A stretch of 64,000 bases of DNA from an uncultured Gammaproteobacteria bacterium (GTDB lineage Bacteria > Pseudomonadota > Gammaproteobacteria > PS1 > Pseudothioglobaceae), in NCBI GenBank assembly GCA_902513495.1, contig CABXNH010000001.1, forward strand, positions 5,858 to 69,857, written 5' to 3'. Below are positions 41,511-54,079 of the stretch, piece by piece. Each line of letters starts with the position of its first letter. Position 1 is the stretch's first letter. The notes beneath the pieces were generated by a model. The model did not search any database. It worked only from the letters and a program-made list of their open reading frames with translations, and had not been told where the DNA came from. A program made the translations under genes and the position numbers.

Positions 41511-44258
41511 ATGGAAAAAACATACAACCCAGAACTTATCGAACAAAAGTATCGTGATTTATGGGAGACAGGCGACCTCTTCTCTTCAAAAACGAATTCC
41601 TCGAGTGAAAATGCATACAGCATTGTTCTGCCTCCACCTAACGTAACAGGAAGTCTTCATATGGGTCATGCATTCCAGCACACCATAATGGATGTCTACA
41701 CTCGTTACAATAGAAGTAAAGGAAACCAAACACTCTGGCAACCTGGAACGGATCATGCAGGAATAGCCACTCAAATGGTTGTTGAAAGGCAACTGGGACT
41801 TGAAAATATTTCTAGACATGATTTAGGTAGAGATAAATTTACTGAAAAAGTTTGGGACTGGAAGTCAAAGTCTGGAGGAACTATTACCTCTCAAATGAGA
41901 CGTTTAGGTGCTTCTGTTGACTGGGAAAGAGAGCGCTTTACAATGGACGAATCTCTTTCTAAAGCCGTAAGAAAGGTGTTTGTTGATCTTTATAACGAAG
42001 GTTTAATTTATCGCGGCAAAAGACTCGTCAATTGGGACCCTGTTCTCTTAACCGCAGTATCAGATCTAGAAGTCATTAGTAAAGAGGAAAATGGGTTTTT
42101 ATGGCACATTAAGTATCAAGTCGTTGACTCTGATGAAACACTAGTTGTTGCCACTACGAGGCCAGAAACAATGCTAGGAGACTCTGCTGTTGCAGTTCAT
42201 CCAGAAGATGTGCGCTATCAACATTTAGTTGGAAAGTGCATTAACCTGCCTCTTTCTGATAGAAAGATTCCAATCATAGCCGATGACTATGTCGATATGG
42301 AGTTTGGTACTGGATGCGTCAAAATTACTCCTGCTCATGACTTTAATGACTATGAAATTGGACAAAGGCATAATTTAGAAATCATTAACGTTTTAACTGA
42401 TGACGCCAAAATAAACGCAAACGCCCCAACTAATTATCAAGGTTTGGATCGATTCGAAGCAAGAAAAGTCATTGTCAGTGACCTAGATAAGCAAAAATTA
42501 ATCGAAAAAATAGATCCTCACACGCTAATGGTTCCAAGGGGTGACAGAACCAATAGTATTATTGAGCCTTACATGACTGATCAATGGTTTGTTAAAGTGA
42601 AGCCATTGGCTGAGCCTGCAATTGAGGCAGTAAAAAATGGAAGTATACGTTTTGTTCCTGAAAACTGGGAGAAGACATACTTTAACTGGATGGAAAATAT
42701 TGAAGATTGGTGCATCTCTCGTCAAATTTGGTGGGGCCATCGCATACCCGCATGGTACGACAAAGAAGGTAACTATTATGTCGCAGGTAGTATTGAAGAA
42801 GCTCAGGAGCAAGCTGGTCAAGATGCTGAATTATCACAAGATGAAGATGTATTGGATACATGGTTCTCATCTGCATTGTGGCCCTTCTCAACCCTTGGAT
42901 GGCCTGAAGCAACACCAGAAATGTCTCGTTTTTACCCAACCAGCGTTCTTGTAACTGGATTTGATATTATATTTTTCTGGGTTGCTCGCATGATAATGTT
43001 TGGACTTAAATTTGCCAATGATGTCCCATTTAAGGACATTTATATTACTGGACTCATTAAGGACGGTAATGGCCAAAAAATGAGCAAATCTAAAGGAAAT
43101 GTGCTCGACCCGATTGATCTGATTGATGGCATTAGCCTTGAAAATCTTCTTGAAAAAAGAACACTCGGCATGATGCAACCAAAACTTTCTGAAAAAATTC
43201 AAAAACAAACTAAAAAAGAGTTTCCTAATGGAATTCCTTCATTTGGTACTGACGCTATAAGGTTTACATTTACTGCACTTGCATCTTTTGGGCGTGATAT
43301 AAAATTCGATCTTAAAAGAGTTGAAGGTTACCGTAATTTCTGCAACAAATTGTGGAATGCCTCTCGCTTTGTATTAATGAACCTTGATTCAAAATCAATC
43401 AACTTTGATGCAGAAATATCTATCCAAGATAAATGGATACTTTCAAGACTGCAGCATGTTAAGATAGAAGTTGAAAAGCACTTGGTAGATTATCGATTAG
43501 ACCTCATGAGTCAGACACTTTATGAGTTTGTTTGGCACGATTACTGTGATTGGTATCTTGAATTATCTAAGCCTCTTCTAGAGAACGATAAAACTAAACA
43601 AGGCTGCGAGGCCACACTGCTGAAAGTTTTAACTGAAATTCTAGTTTTACTTCACCCAATCATTCCATTTATTACTGAAGAAATATTTGAGCAATCACAA
43701 AAATTACAATCTAATTCAACTGGTAAACTAATCTCCCAACCCTTCCCAGAGCCAAATAAAGAGCTTTTTAATACCGAGGCAGAGACTGAAATAGACTGGT
43801 TAAAGAAATTCATCCTAGGTATAAGAAAAATTAGAGGAGAGATGAATATTTCTCCTGCCAAGCCACTGCCCTGTTTTGTTAAGAGTTACAGTACAAGAGA
43901 TCAATCCTACATCGATAATAATAAGACCATGCTGTTTGCATTAGCCAAGCTCGACAGTGTAAATCTTCTCTCACAAGACGATGAAGAGCCAGAGTCTGCA
44001 ATAGTATTGGTTGGAGAAATGAAAATTCTAATACCACTTGCTGGTCTAATCGACAAGGGAGCTGAACGAGAGAGACTTAATAAGGAAATTGAAAAGTTAG
44101 CCAAGCTTAAATCTCAATTTGCAGCCAAGCTTAGCAATGAAAAGTTTATTCATGGTGCACCTCAAGCAGTTGTCAATAATGAAAAAGAAAAGTTAGCATC
44201 AACTGAAAATGCTTTAAAAGACCTAGAGCAGCAATTAGAAAAGATTTCTAAACTTTAA
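41511..44258 (+). CDS. valS: Valine--tRNA ligase
   Basis: [26 protein letters not shown]-terminal coiled coil. Confidence 0.98.
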   Translation: MEKTYNPELIEQKYRDLWETGDLFSSKTNSSSENAYSIVLPPPNVTGSLHMGHAFQHTIMDVYTRYNRSKGNQTLWQPGTDHAGIATQMVVERQLGLENISRHDLGRDKFTEKVWDWKSKSGGTITSQMRRLGASVDWERERFTMDESLSKAVRKVFVDLYNEGLIYRGKRLVNWDPVLLTAVSDLEVISKEENGFLWHIKYQVVDSDETLVVATTRPETMLGDSAVAVHPEDVRYQHLVGKCINLPLSDRKIPIIADDYVDMEFGTGCVKITPAHDFNDYEIGQRHNLEIINVLTDDAKINANAPTNYQGLDRFEARKVIVSDLDKQKLIEKIDPHTLMVPRGDRTNSIIEPYMTDQWFVKVKPLAEPAIEAVKNGSIRFVPENWEKTYFNWMENIEDWCISRQIWWGHRIPAWYDKEGNYYVAGSIEEAQEQAGQDAELSQDEDVLDTWFSSALWPFSTLGWPEATPEMSRFYPTSVLVTGFDIIFFWVARMIMFGLKFANDVPFKDIYITGLIKDGNGQKMSKSKGNVLDPIDLIDGISLENLLEKRTLGMMQPKLSEKIQKQTKKEFPNGIPSFGTDAIRFTFTALASFGRDIKFDLKRVEGYRNFCNKLWNASRFVLMNLDSKSINFDAEISIQDKWILSRLQHVKIEVEKHLVDYRLDLMSQTLYEFVWHDYCDWYLELSKPLLENDKTKQGCEATLLKVLTEILVLLHPIIPFITEEIFEQSQKLQSNSTGKLISQPFPEPNKELFNTEAETEIDWLKKFILGIRKIRGEMNISPAKPLPCFVKSYSTRDQSYIDNNKTMLFALAKLDSVNLLSQDDEEPESAIVLVGEMKILIPLAGLIDKGAERERLNKEIEKLAKLKSQFAAKLSNEKFIHGAPQAVVNNEKEKLASTENALKDLEQQLEKISKL

Positions 44259-44339
44259 AGGGAAAAGTTGTAATTCATTGAAAAAACATAAAAAATATAT
44301 TTTAAAAGCTGTCAACAATATAGAATATCGAGTAATTTT

Positions 44340-44990
44340 ATGATTAAATTTATAGTACTTTTTTTAGCTTTAATAACTCTAACTCTCAAGGTTGGTGCAG
44401 AATCTTTTGTCTATATTACCGATCAACTTGATTTACCTATTCGCTCTGATAAATCTTTTGATAACAATATAATTAGACTCCTTCCCTCAGGAACTGAACT
44501 TTCGCTTTTGCAAAGCACTGAAGATGGATGGGCTCAAATTCAGTTTGATGACACTATTGGATGGATTAAATCATTTTATTTGTCCCCAGATCCTTCTTCA
44601 AGAGAGAAACTCAAGAAATTAACAAGGACCTACAACGCCAACAAACTACTTATCTCTAAATTAAGTAGCGAGAAAGAAGAATTAGAGAGTCAACTTTTAT
44701 CTATAAAACAAGAAAACACAGATCTGGTTGTTCAAAGTTCAAAATCGCAAGCTGAAAAAGAACATATTGAACAAATCTATCAGGATGCATTGAAACTAGA
44801 GCACGAGAATGAAAAGCTTATACAGGAAAAATTACAGTTAAAGGCCGAGCTCCAGCTAGCGGTAAATAACACTCAAATTCAAAAAGACACAAGCTCAAGA
44901 AACTGGTTTATAGTAGGCGCAATTGTGCTGTTCTTTGGAATGATAATCGGTTTTATTGTTCCAGGCCTTCTTAATAGAAGACGGTATTAA
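44340..44990 (+). CDS. SH3-domain membrane protein (YgiM/TIGR04211-like)
   Basis: Signal peptide, YITDQL..IRS, GWI SH3b domain, coiled coil, C-terminal WF..GA TM segment and RRR. Confidence 0.85.
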   Translation: MIKFIVLFLALITLTLKVGAESFVYITDQLDLPIRSDKSFDNNIIRLLPSGTELSLLQSTEDGWAQIQFDDTIGWIKSFYLSPDPSSREKLKKLTRTYNANKLLISKLSSEKEELESQLLSIKQENTDLVVQSSKSQAEKEHIEQIYQDALKLEHENEKLIQEKLQLKAELQLAVNNTQIQKDTSSRNWFIVGAIVLFFGMIIGFIVPGLLNRRRY

Positions 44991-44997
44991 ATTTTAG

Positions 44998-46467
<1,470 letters not shown>

Positions 46468-46495
46468 AAAATTCTTTTAGCCTTTACCTGACACC

Positions 46496-46789
46496 TCAAA
46501 AGTTTTTTGAGGGTTTCTTGTGTCCAGGCTTAGCAAGAATCTCTAAATAAAAGGATTCTAGATTTTCAGCCTCTGCCTCTGTAATACACTTGCCAATTTC
46601 TGAAGATAAAATGATTTCAGCTTTAGCTTCTGTTGGTCCATACTTGCAATCAAAATCCCAATAATCAGCCCCTTTAGGCAATAATTTTCTCTTCTCTCTT
46701 TTAATGTATTTTTTTACATCACGTCTGACTGCTTCAATAAGCCTAGCTGGTTTTATTTTGGGATGGACTAATCGAAATGTTTTTTTCAT
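46496..46789 (-). CDS. Small basic conserved protein (DUF6172-like)
   Basis: MKKTF.L...KKYIKREKRK.LP.G.DYWDFDC...FYLEILAKPG pattern, recalled from this family. Confidence 0.75.
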   Translation of the reverse strand: MKKTFRLVHPKIKPARLIEAVRRDVKKYIKREKRKLLPKGADYWDFDCKYGPTEAKAEIILSSEIGKCITEAEAENLESFYLEILAKPGHKKPSKNF

Positions 46790-46839
46790 GTTTGTATAAG
46801 TTCAAAAAAAATTCATTTTAATGATTTAATTAGCGTCAT

Positions 46840-47475
46840 TTAGATTACTTCAACAACACAGTAAATACCCTTAACACTTTTTTTTATCATATAGTCTTTC
46901 TTACTAAGTTCTAAAACCTTCCATACACTTCCTGCCTCTAAAGACTTAATTGCATCATCAAAGCCATAGGATTTATAAACATCCTCATTAACTGTAAAAC
47001 ATATTATCCCCCCAGGCTTGACAACTCTTACAAGCTCCTTGAATCGACTGGGGCCAACATGACCATGAGTAAAAACTCCAACACAAATTGCCGCTTCATA
47101 TTTATTACTCTCGAAAGGAAGTGACTCATTGAGATTTCCAAGAAATAAAGATTTATAACCCCTATCAATTGCAATATCAATCATCTCTTTTGAAATATCT
47201 ATACCATCAAAGTTTTTGTACCCAAGTTTTTTAAGCTGCAGCCCAACCAAACCAGTCCCACAACCAACATCAATTATGTTTTTGGTTTTATCTTTAAGAT
47301 ATCTTTGAAAAATTTGAACAGAGTTAGGCTGCGATACAGTTCCTAGTTCGTCATCATTGTCTTTGTCGTATAACGAGGCCCATTTTTGATAAACATCCAA
47401 TAACTTTTCTTCATTCTCACTTTCTGAAAGATCTAGAGAGTCATATAGCTTTAATCCTTTAGTATTTTTTTTCAT
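46840..47475 (-). CDS. Class I SAM-dependent methyltransferase
   Basis: YQKWASLYD, IDVGCGTGLVG, GIDISKEM, GVFTHGHV. Confidence 0.9.
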   Translation of the reverse strand: MKKNTKGLKLYDSLDLSESENEEKLLDVYQKWASLYDKDNDDELGTVSQPNSVQIFQRYLKDKTKNIIDVGCGTGLVGLQLKKLGYKNFDGIDISKEMIDIAIDRGYKSLFLGNLNESLPFESNKYEAAICVGVFTHGHVGPSRFKELVRVVKPGGIICFTVNEDVYKSYGFDDAIKSLEAGSVWKVLELSKKDYMIKKSVKGIYCVVEVI

Positions 47476-47481
47476 AAAAAA

Positions 47482-48279
47482 TCAATAAAGCCTTCCAAAA
47501 AAGGTCATTCTTGCTGATTCAGAGAGGCTCACGTCAGGCTTTGAGTTGTAGGCTAAGACTGATAATATTCGAGTTCTATTGCCAATTGTTGGCGTAACTC
47601 GGTGAATGGCGTCCCTTCCCCTGAATAAGACGAGTGTGCCATTTTCCATTGATAATTTTTCTGGATTGCAACTACCATTAAGTAATTCAAAGACACCATC
47701 ATAGTTATTGTCATTAATATCAGAATTCCTAAATTGTCTAATATATTCAAATTGACCTCCATCTATTGGCTTTTGTATTAAGAGGGTAATCGCAAATGAA
47801 GAGTTGTCAAAATGCCATCCAAGCTCTTGCTCTTCTTTTGCGTAATGAATATTGATTGAAGATAAATTATCATCGTACTTATATAAAACTGTTTCATCAA
47901 GAACAGCACACAGAAAATCTTTAAATTTTGGTGAGTTATATAGAGCTCTTAATGATGATTTTTTATGAACTTGATCATCTGTTATGCAGCCCTTTGAGGA
48001 GATTACTGTTTTGTTTCGCGGATGAGACTTGCTCAGTTCTTTGTCGAAAAGATCAAGGTAAACATTATGCTCATTAACGCAATAATAAGCTAGATTCTCT
48101 TGCGCTTTGGCTTCAGCAAGAATACTTTTGACAGTGCTCTCAAAAAGAAAATTATCTAGTACAAGAACGCCACTTTTATCTAACTCGGTTTTACATTTTT
48201 TCCTGTAGTGACTTTCATCAATAGGATGCTTTTGCAGGTCAATAATTGAGGCCAATTTATTTTCTTCTGGAATCACCAT
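47482..48279 (-). CDS. 2OG-Fe(II) oxygenase (BesD/HalD-like family, HxD hydroxylase type)
   Basis: LGWHFD, GGQFEY, GTLVLFRG..AIHRVTP, R..SVLAY, FFGR. Confidence 0.8.
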   Translation of the reverse strand: MVIPEENKLASIIDLQKHPIDESHYRKKCKTELDKSGVLVLDNFLFESTVKSILAEAKAQENLAYYCVNEHNVYLDLFDKELSKSHPRNKTVISSKGCITDDQVHKKSSLRALYNSPKFKDFLCAVLDETVLYKYDDNLSSINIHYAKEEQELGWHFDNSSFAITLLIQKPIDGGQFEYIRQFRNSDINDNNYDGVFELLNGSCNPEKLSMENGTLVLFRGRDAIHRVTPTIGNRTRILSVLAYNSKPDVSLSESARMTFFGRLY

Positions 48280-48388
48280 GCTAACAACAAATAGTATAAA
48301 AAAAATTATCTTTCAATATTTAAGAATAATATTCTCAAAAAAGTTTATATGTTAATAGATAATTAATAAAAATAATATTAGAAATAAA

Positions 48389-49501
48389 ATGATTCATTTT
48401 GGCGACATTTCAAAAGAAGAATTCTTAAAAGAGTACTGGCAAAAAAAACCACTATTTATCAAGAATGCAATTCCTGACTTTGTTTCACCTTTATCTCCTA
48501 ATGAGCTTGCTGGATTGTCTTGCGAAGATGAATTTGAATCTAGAATCATAAAGGGTTCAGTTATACAAAATATTTGGACCCTTGAGAATGGTCCATTTAA
48601 TGAGCTTTCTTTTAAGAATGCCCCGAATAATGAATGGACATTATTGGTTCAGGGGGTGGACAAACATATTCAAGAAATCTATGAGCTGATAGATGAGTTC
48701 GACTTTATACCGAGATGGCGATTTGATGATGTAATGGTTTCGTTTGCATCATTAGGAGGGAGTGTTGGCCCTCATTATGATTATTATGATGTTTTTTTAC
48801 TTCAAGGACATGGGAAAAGAGAGTGGCAAATAAGTTCTATTGACTGCAATCCCAATAATTATGTTTCAAATAGTCCACTTCGCATTATGGAAAAGTTTGA
48901 AATGGAAACAACTTGGGTTGCTGAACCTGGAGATATTGTTTATATTCCACCTGGAATTGCTCACCATGGAGTAAGCATCGACAATGAATGTATTACCCTC
49001 TCAATTGGCTATAGATCCTACTCAGCGAATGAAATGCTAGAGTCACTTGAACTAACTACGCATAAACATAACAATGCCTACTATGTAGACCCATTATGGC
49101 TAGACTATGGCGGTTCTTCCGAAATACCAAATTCAGCCATTGATAAATCAAAAAAATTAATTAATAACAAGGATTTACCTGATACTTTTTTTGGGTGTTT
49201 TGTGACAAAACTTGACCCGTTAGATGAAGAAAAATTCAACGCAATAGTTGCGTTTGAAAACCCCGTAATCATTAAAGAGTCTGCAGCTTACAATCTTCAT
49301 CCATTAAGTCGAATTGCGTATCAATTTATTAATAGTGAGTTAGTGTTGTTTATTAACGGAAATACTCTTCAAATAAATGACATTTGTGATGATTTTATTA
49401 TTGATTTTTGCAACACTAGAAAGATTAATGTTAATAATCAGAATAAGCCTCTTGCCCTTCAATTATCTACTCTATCACTTTTAGAGGAAACGCGCCCTTA
49501 A
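48389..49501 (+). CDS. roxA: JmjC/cupin-4 oxygenase, RoxA(YcfD)-like uL16 hydroxylase
   Basis: FLKEYWQKKP, WTLLVQGVD, WRFDDVMVSFA..GGSVGPHYDYYDVFLLQ, YIPPGIAHHG. Confidence 0.85.
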   Translation: MIHFGDISKEEFLKEYWQKKPLFIKNAIPDFVSPLSPNELAGLSCEDEFESRIIKGSVIQNIWTLENGPFNELSFKNAPNNEWTLLVQGVDKHIQEIYELIDEFDFIPRWRFDDVMVSFASLGGSVGPHYDYYDVFLLQGHGKREWQISSIDCNPNNYVSNSPLRIMEKFEMETTWVAEPGDIVYIPPGIAHHGVSIDNECITLSIGYRSYSANEMLESLELTTHKHNNAYYVDPLWLDYGGSSEIPNSAIDKSKKLINNKDLPDTFFGCFVTKLDPLDEEKFNAIVAFENPVIIKESAAYNLHPLSRIAYQFINSELVLFINGNTLQINDICDDFIIDFCNTRKINVNNQNKPLALQLSTLSLLEETRP

Positions 49502-49595
49502 ATATAAGCAAAATATACTAATCAATCGCACCGTTATGCACTCTAACAACTAATAAATTAGTTTATTTGAGGAAAAAATTAGGGGATAATTCAAC

Positions 49596-49681
49596 TGTTT
49601 TATGGATTTAGGTAAGTTTTATCTCAAGCATACCTGCAAGGTATGTTTTATATAAAGCTTATTGCGTTAAACCATAAAACA
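49596..49681 (+). promoter_or_regulatory. Long hairpin in the pnp 5' leader, putative RNase III autoregulatory element
   Basis: tgttttatgg pairs with ccataaaaca, taagtttta with taaagctta, and gcatacct with ggtatgt around a GCAA loop. Begins just after a GATAAT -10-like box. Confidence 0.7.
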
Positions 49682-49706
49682 TTTTTTATTTTATTGGAGT
49701 AACACA

Positions 49707-51797
49707 ATGGACATGAATATAGTTCAAAAAAGTTTTAAGTTTGGCAATAGTCAAATTACATTCGAAACTGGAAGAGTAGCAAGACAGGCACACGGTGCCG
49801 TCTTAGCAAGTATGGATGACACACAAGTACTCGTTAGTGTTGTTGGTGCAAAAGAAGCAAAGCCAGGTCAATCATTCTTCCCTTTATCGGTAGACTACAT
49901 TGAAAAAACATATGCCGCTGGAAAAATTCCAGGTGGCTTCCTTAAAAGAGAAGGAAGACCTAGCGAAAAAGAAACACTCACTTCTCGATTAATTGATCGC
50001 CCTATTAGACCGCTATTTCCGAATGGCTACATGAATGAAGTACAGGTAATGATTCAAGTTATCTCAGCTAACAAAGATGTAGATCCAGATGTTTTAGCTA
50101 TGCTTGCAACTTCGGCTGCACTTGCAATTTCAGGAGTTCCCTTTAAGGGTCCAATTGGCGCTGCTCGTGTTGGTTTTAAAGATGGAAGCTATATTGTTAA
50201 CCCAACCTATTCAGAATTAGAAACATCTGAGTTAGATATGGTTGTTGCAGGAACAAAGGACGCAGTATTAATGGTCGAGTCAGAAGCAAATGAACTAACC
50301 GAAGAAGTTATGCTAGGAGCTGTTATGTATGCTCATGAGCAATTTCAAGTAGTAATTGAAAACGTTGCTGAATTTGCAAAAGAAGTTGGTATTGCTCCAC
50401 GCGAATGGGTAGCTCCAGCGGACAATGAGTCTCTAGTGACAGCAATCAAATCTAAATTTGAAAGTCAAATTTCAGAAGCGTATCAAACTGTTGATAAGAT
50501 GGAACGTTATGAAAAAATGGGTGAAGTGAAAGATGCTGTATTAGAGGAGTTTGTTAGCGAAGATGAATCAATAAGCGAAGATGAAGTCAAAAACTACATT
50601 AAAAAAATTGAGAAATCAACTGTTAGAGAACGCATTCTGGCTGGTGAGCCAAGAATTGATGGTAGAGACAACTCAACTGTCAGAGAGCTTGCCATTGAAA
50701 CTGGCGTCCTTGAAAATACGCATGGTTCTGCACTTTTCACAAGAGGTGAAACTCAGGCCTTAGTTGTAACTACTTTAGGTTCTAAGAGAGATGCGCAGTT
50801 AATTGAAAAACTGGAGTCAAACGATCGAATTGAAGATCATTTCATGCTTCACTACAACTTCCCTCCATACTGTGTCGGTGAGACAGGCAGAGTTATGGGT
50901 GTCAAGAGACGTGAAGTTGGTCACGGAAGGCTAGCGCGAAGAGGTATCTCAGCATGTCTTCCAAATTTAGAGGAATTTCCATACACAATCCGTGTTGTTT
51001 CCGAAATTACAGAATCAAATGGATCTAGCTCTATGGCAAGTGTTTGTGGTTCTTCACTATCCTTAATGGATGCAGGCGTACCACTAAAAGCACCAGTAGC
51101 AGGTATTGCAATGGGTTTGGTAAAAGATGATGAGCGTTTTACAGTTTTGACAGATATTCTAGGTGATGAAGATCATCTGGGTGATATGGACTTTAAGGTT
51201 GCAGGTACCACGAAAGGCATTAACGCCCTTCAAATGGATATCAAGATAGATGGCATCACTGAAGACATTATGTCTATTGCCCTTAAGCAAGCTAAAGATG
51301 CAAGACTTAACATTCTAGGTCAAATGAATCAGGTTATTTCAGAGCCTAATACGGCCTCTAAGAATGCGCCTAAGACTAAAGTTATTAAAATACCTACTGA
51401 TAAGATCAGAGATGTTATTGGTAAAGGTGGTGAGACTATTAGAGGAATCGTAGCTCAATCTGGAGCGAGTGTAGATGTTGATGACGATGGCAATGTTAAT
51501 GTTTTTGCTAACGACTCTGAAAGCTTTGAAAAAGCAGTTCAGATGGTTAAAGACGTAACTGCTGTCCCCGAAGTTAACAAAGTCTATATGGGCAAGGTTG
51601 CTAAGATTGTTGAATTTGGTGCATTTGTCACAATCATGCCAAATCAGGATGGACTCCTCCATGTTTCTGAAATTGCGCATGAAAGAGTTGAGAAAGTTGA
51701 AGATTACCTTAAAGAAGGCGAAGAAGTTGAGGTCAAAGTTCTTGGAATTGACCGAGGTCGAATCAAGCTTTCTAGAAAGGTTCTTATAGAAAAGTAA
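49707..51797 (+). CDS. pnp: Polynucleotide phosphorylase
   Basis: [40 protein letters not shown] and S1 domains. Confidence 0.98.
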   Translation: MDMNIVQKSFKFGNSQITFETGRVARQAHGAVLASMDDTQVLVSVVGAKEAKPGQSFFPLSVDYIEKTYAAGKIPGGFLKREGRPSEKETLTSRLIDRPIRPLFPNGYMNEVQVMIQVISANKDVDPDVLAMLATSAALAISGVPFKGPIGAARVGFKDGSYIVNPTYSELETSELDMVVAGTKDAVLMVESEANELTEEVMLGAVMYAHEQFQVVIENVAEFAKEVGIAPREWVAPADNESLVTAIKSKFESQISEAYQTVDKMERYEKMGEVKDAVLEEFVSEDESISEDEVKNYIKKIEKSTVRERILAGEPRIDGRDNSTVRELAIETGVLENTHGSALFTRGETQALVVTTLGSKRDAQLIEKLESNDRIEDHFMLHYNFPPYCVGETGRVMGVKRREVGHGRLARRGISACLPNLEEFPYTIRVVSEITESNGSSSMASVCGSSLSLMDAGVPLKAPVAGIAMGLVKDDERFTVLTDILGDEDHLGDMDFKVAGTTKGINALQMDIKIDGITEDIMSIALKQAKDARLNILGQMNQVISEPNTASKNAPKTKVIKIPTDKIRDVIGKGGETIRGIVAQSGASVDVDDDGNVNVFANDSESFEKAVQMVKDVTAVPEVNKVYMGKVAKIVEFGAFVTIMPNQDGLLHVSEIAHERVEKVEDYLKEGEEVEVKVLGIDRGRIKLSRKVLIEK

Positions 51798-51804
51798 GAA
51801 GATC

Positions 51805-51829
51805 AAAGCCACCGCAAGGTGGCTTTTTT
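51805..51829 (+). terminator. Rho-independent terminator of pnp
   Basis: aaagccacc-gcaa-ggtggcttt followed by a T-run. Confidence 0.9.
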
Positions 51830-51844
51830 ATTTAGGATAGAATA

Positions 51845-52054
51845 ATGTCAGAAGAAAAATTCGTGTCACTGGAAGAAAAAATTGCATTCCTTCAAAATAT
51901 GATTGATGATCTAAATATGGTGGTATTTCGTCAAGGTAAAAAAATAGAAATACTTAACAATCAGATCAAGGAAACAAATAATAAAATAATCAGTCAGTCT
52001 GAATCGCAGCCCAACTTATCTGAAAAAATAGACAACAAACCTCCTCACTACTAG
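51845..52054 (+). CDS. slyX: SlyX family protein
   Basis: LEEKIAFLQ..IDDLN, C-terminal PPHY. Confidence 0.93.
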   Translation: MSEEKFVSLEEKIAFLQNMIDDLNMVVFRQGKKIEILNNQIKETNNKIISQSESQPNLSEKIDNKPPHY

Positions 52055-52120
52055 TTATATTGTAGTTTTCATTAATTTAATTGGTATATCATAAAACAAT
52101 TGATATAAAAATAAAGCAAA

Positions 52121-52939
52121 TTGAAAACAAATAATTGTGAAATTAGAAAAGCTTTGTTGTCTTTAGATGACGCCTTACCTTATATAACTCTTAATCCAAA
52201 TTCAATCACTCCAGTTCTTCTCGTTTGTGATCATGCTAGTAATAGATTCCCGAAGTCACTCGGAACAATGGGTCTTGATTATATAGATAGAGTCAGCCAT
52301 ATAACATTTGATATTGGCTCTAGAGCTACTACTGAAAGTCTTGCAATTCAACTTAATGCTACTGCAATTCTTTGCCAATATTCGCGCTTGATTGTAGATT
52401 GTAATCGTAATCTCTCAGATAACAGTGCCTTCCTTGATACAAGTGATGGTATCAATATTCCTGGAAATCAAAATCTTAATGACAATGAAAAAGAGATTAG
52501 AGAATCTGAAATCTATTGGCCATATCACAATGCTATCGATTGTCAAATTTCTCGACTAAAGAAACATGATGCCAACCCATTAATTATCTCTATTCATAGT
52601 TTTACTCCTACATTTAATGGCAATAATAGAGAATGGGAAATTGGTGTTCTTTGGGATAAAGATCCAGCTACTGCAAAAATCTTTATAAGTAAGCTTAAAG
52701 ATGCAGGTTTTTTGGTTGGCGACAACAAGCCATATTCAGGAAAAGACCCTGAAGACTTTACATTAGATTATCATGCTGAAAAAATTGGTCTGCCTCATGT
52801 TGGAATTGAAATTAGGCAGGACCTTATCAATCATGATGATGGAGTTGAGCGAATATCAAATACCATACAAGAAGTAATTAGTTCTCTTGTATTGGCCAAT
52901 AAATCTAGTAATATTCATATTGAGAGCCCTTTAAGATGA
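52121..52939 (+). CDS. N-formylglutamate amidohydrolase family protein
   Basis: LVCDHAS, SHITFDIG, SRLIVDCNR, PYH, SIHSFTP, IEIRQDLI. Start uncertain. Confidence 0.88.
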   Translation: MKTNNCEIRKALLSLDDALPYITLNPNSITPVLLVCDHASNRFPKSLGTMGLDYIDRVSHITFDIGSRATTESLAIQLNATAILCQYSRLIVDCNRNLSDNSAFLDTSDGINIPGNQNLNDNEKEIRESEIYWPYHNAIDCQISRLKKHDANPLIISIHSFTPTFNGNNREWEIGVLWDKDPATAKIFISKLKDAGFLVGDNKPYSGKDPEDFTLDYHAEKIGLPHVGIEIRQDLINHDDGVERISNTIQEVISSLVLANKSSNIHIESPLR

Positions 52940-54072
52940 CTCTTGATATGCCACAATTCACAATAGGCATAGAAGAAGAATATCTTTTAGTTGATAAGAC
53001 TACGCGCAGTCTTGTAATAAATCCACCAAAATCTTTATTGAAAGAGTGTAAAGAGCTACTAGGCAATCAAGTCACCAACGAGCTACTACTTTCACAAATT
53101 GAAATTGGTACAAAAGTATGTCACAACGTACAAGAGGCTCATGAGGACCTCTCTAAATTACGCAAAAATATAGTAGAAGTAACAGCTCGACATGGACTAG
53201 CTCCGATTGCCTGTTCAACTCATCCATTTAGTCGTTGGTCTGAACAGGAACAAACACCAAAAGATCGCTACGAGTTACTGACAAGGGAAATGCAGGCGGT
53301 AGCTCGAAGAATGCTTATCTGCGGTATGCATGTACACGTTGGCATTAATGACGATGAATTGCGTATTGATCTGATGAGTCAACTTTCTTATTTTCTCCCC
53401 CACCTGCTCTCATTATCGTGTTCATCTCCATTTTGGAATGGCGAAGATACTGGACTTAAAAGTTATCGTCTAACAATATTTGATAATCTACCAAGGACAG
53501 GCATTCCTACGGAATTTCAGAGTTTTTCTGACTACAAACGACATATTGAAATCTTAACTAATGCTGGCGTCATGGAAGATTCAACCAAGATCTGGTGGGA
53601 TATAAGACCAAGTGCAAAATATCCAACACTTGAGACACGTATTATGGATGTATGCACAAGGATCGATGATGCAATTTCACTCGCAGCTTTGGTTGTTTCT
53701 ACGTTACGTGCACTTTATCGCCTAAGAATGAAAAATCAGCGCTGGCGTGACTATAGCTCTATGCTTATTAGGGAAAATCGTTGGCGTGCAATGCGCTATA
53801 GTTTTGATGAAGGGCTTATTGATTTTGGAAAAGGTAGTATTGTTCCATTTGAAGAATTGTTAGATGAATTTATAGAAATTTCAATAGAGGATGCAAAAAT
53901 ACTTGGATGTGACAAAGAAGTTATGGCTACTAAAAATATATTGAAACGAGGAACAAGCGCTCATCGACAACTTAAAACATACGAATTATCCATTGCTGCA
54001 GGCAAAAATAAAGATGAAGCACTAAATGATGTGGTCGATATGCTCATTAATGAAACTGCTGCAGATCTTTAG
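52936..54072 (+). CDS. Carboxylate-amine ligase (YbdK/GCS2 family)
   Basis: FTIGIEEEY, CGMHVHVG, SSPFW, WWDIRPS, TLETR, ENRWRAMRY. Confidence 0.92.
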   Translation: MTLDMPQFTIGIEEEYLLVDKTTRSLVINPPKSLLKECKELLGNQVTNELLLSQIEIGTKVCHNVQEAHEDLSKLRKNIVEVTARHGLAPIACSTHPFSRWSEQEQTPKDRYELLTREMQAVARRMLICGMHVHVGINDDELRIDLMSQLSYFLPHLLSLSCSSPFWNGEDTGLKSYRLTIFDNLPRTGIPTEFQSFSDYKRHIEILTNAGVMEDSTKIWWDIRPSAKYPTLETRIMDVCTRIDDAISLAALVVSTLRALYRLRMKNQRWRDYSSMLIRENRWRAMRYSFDEGLIDFGKGSIVPFEELLDEFIEISIEDAKILGCDKEVMATKNILKRGTSAHRQLKTYELSIAAGKNKDEALNDVVDMLINETAADL

Positions 54073-54079
54073 ACATCAC

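Noticed and set aside
47482-48279. Radical halogenase
   Set aside because: The metal-binding motif is HFD. The carboxylate ligand is retained, whereas halogenases have HxG/A.
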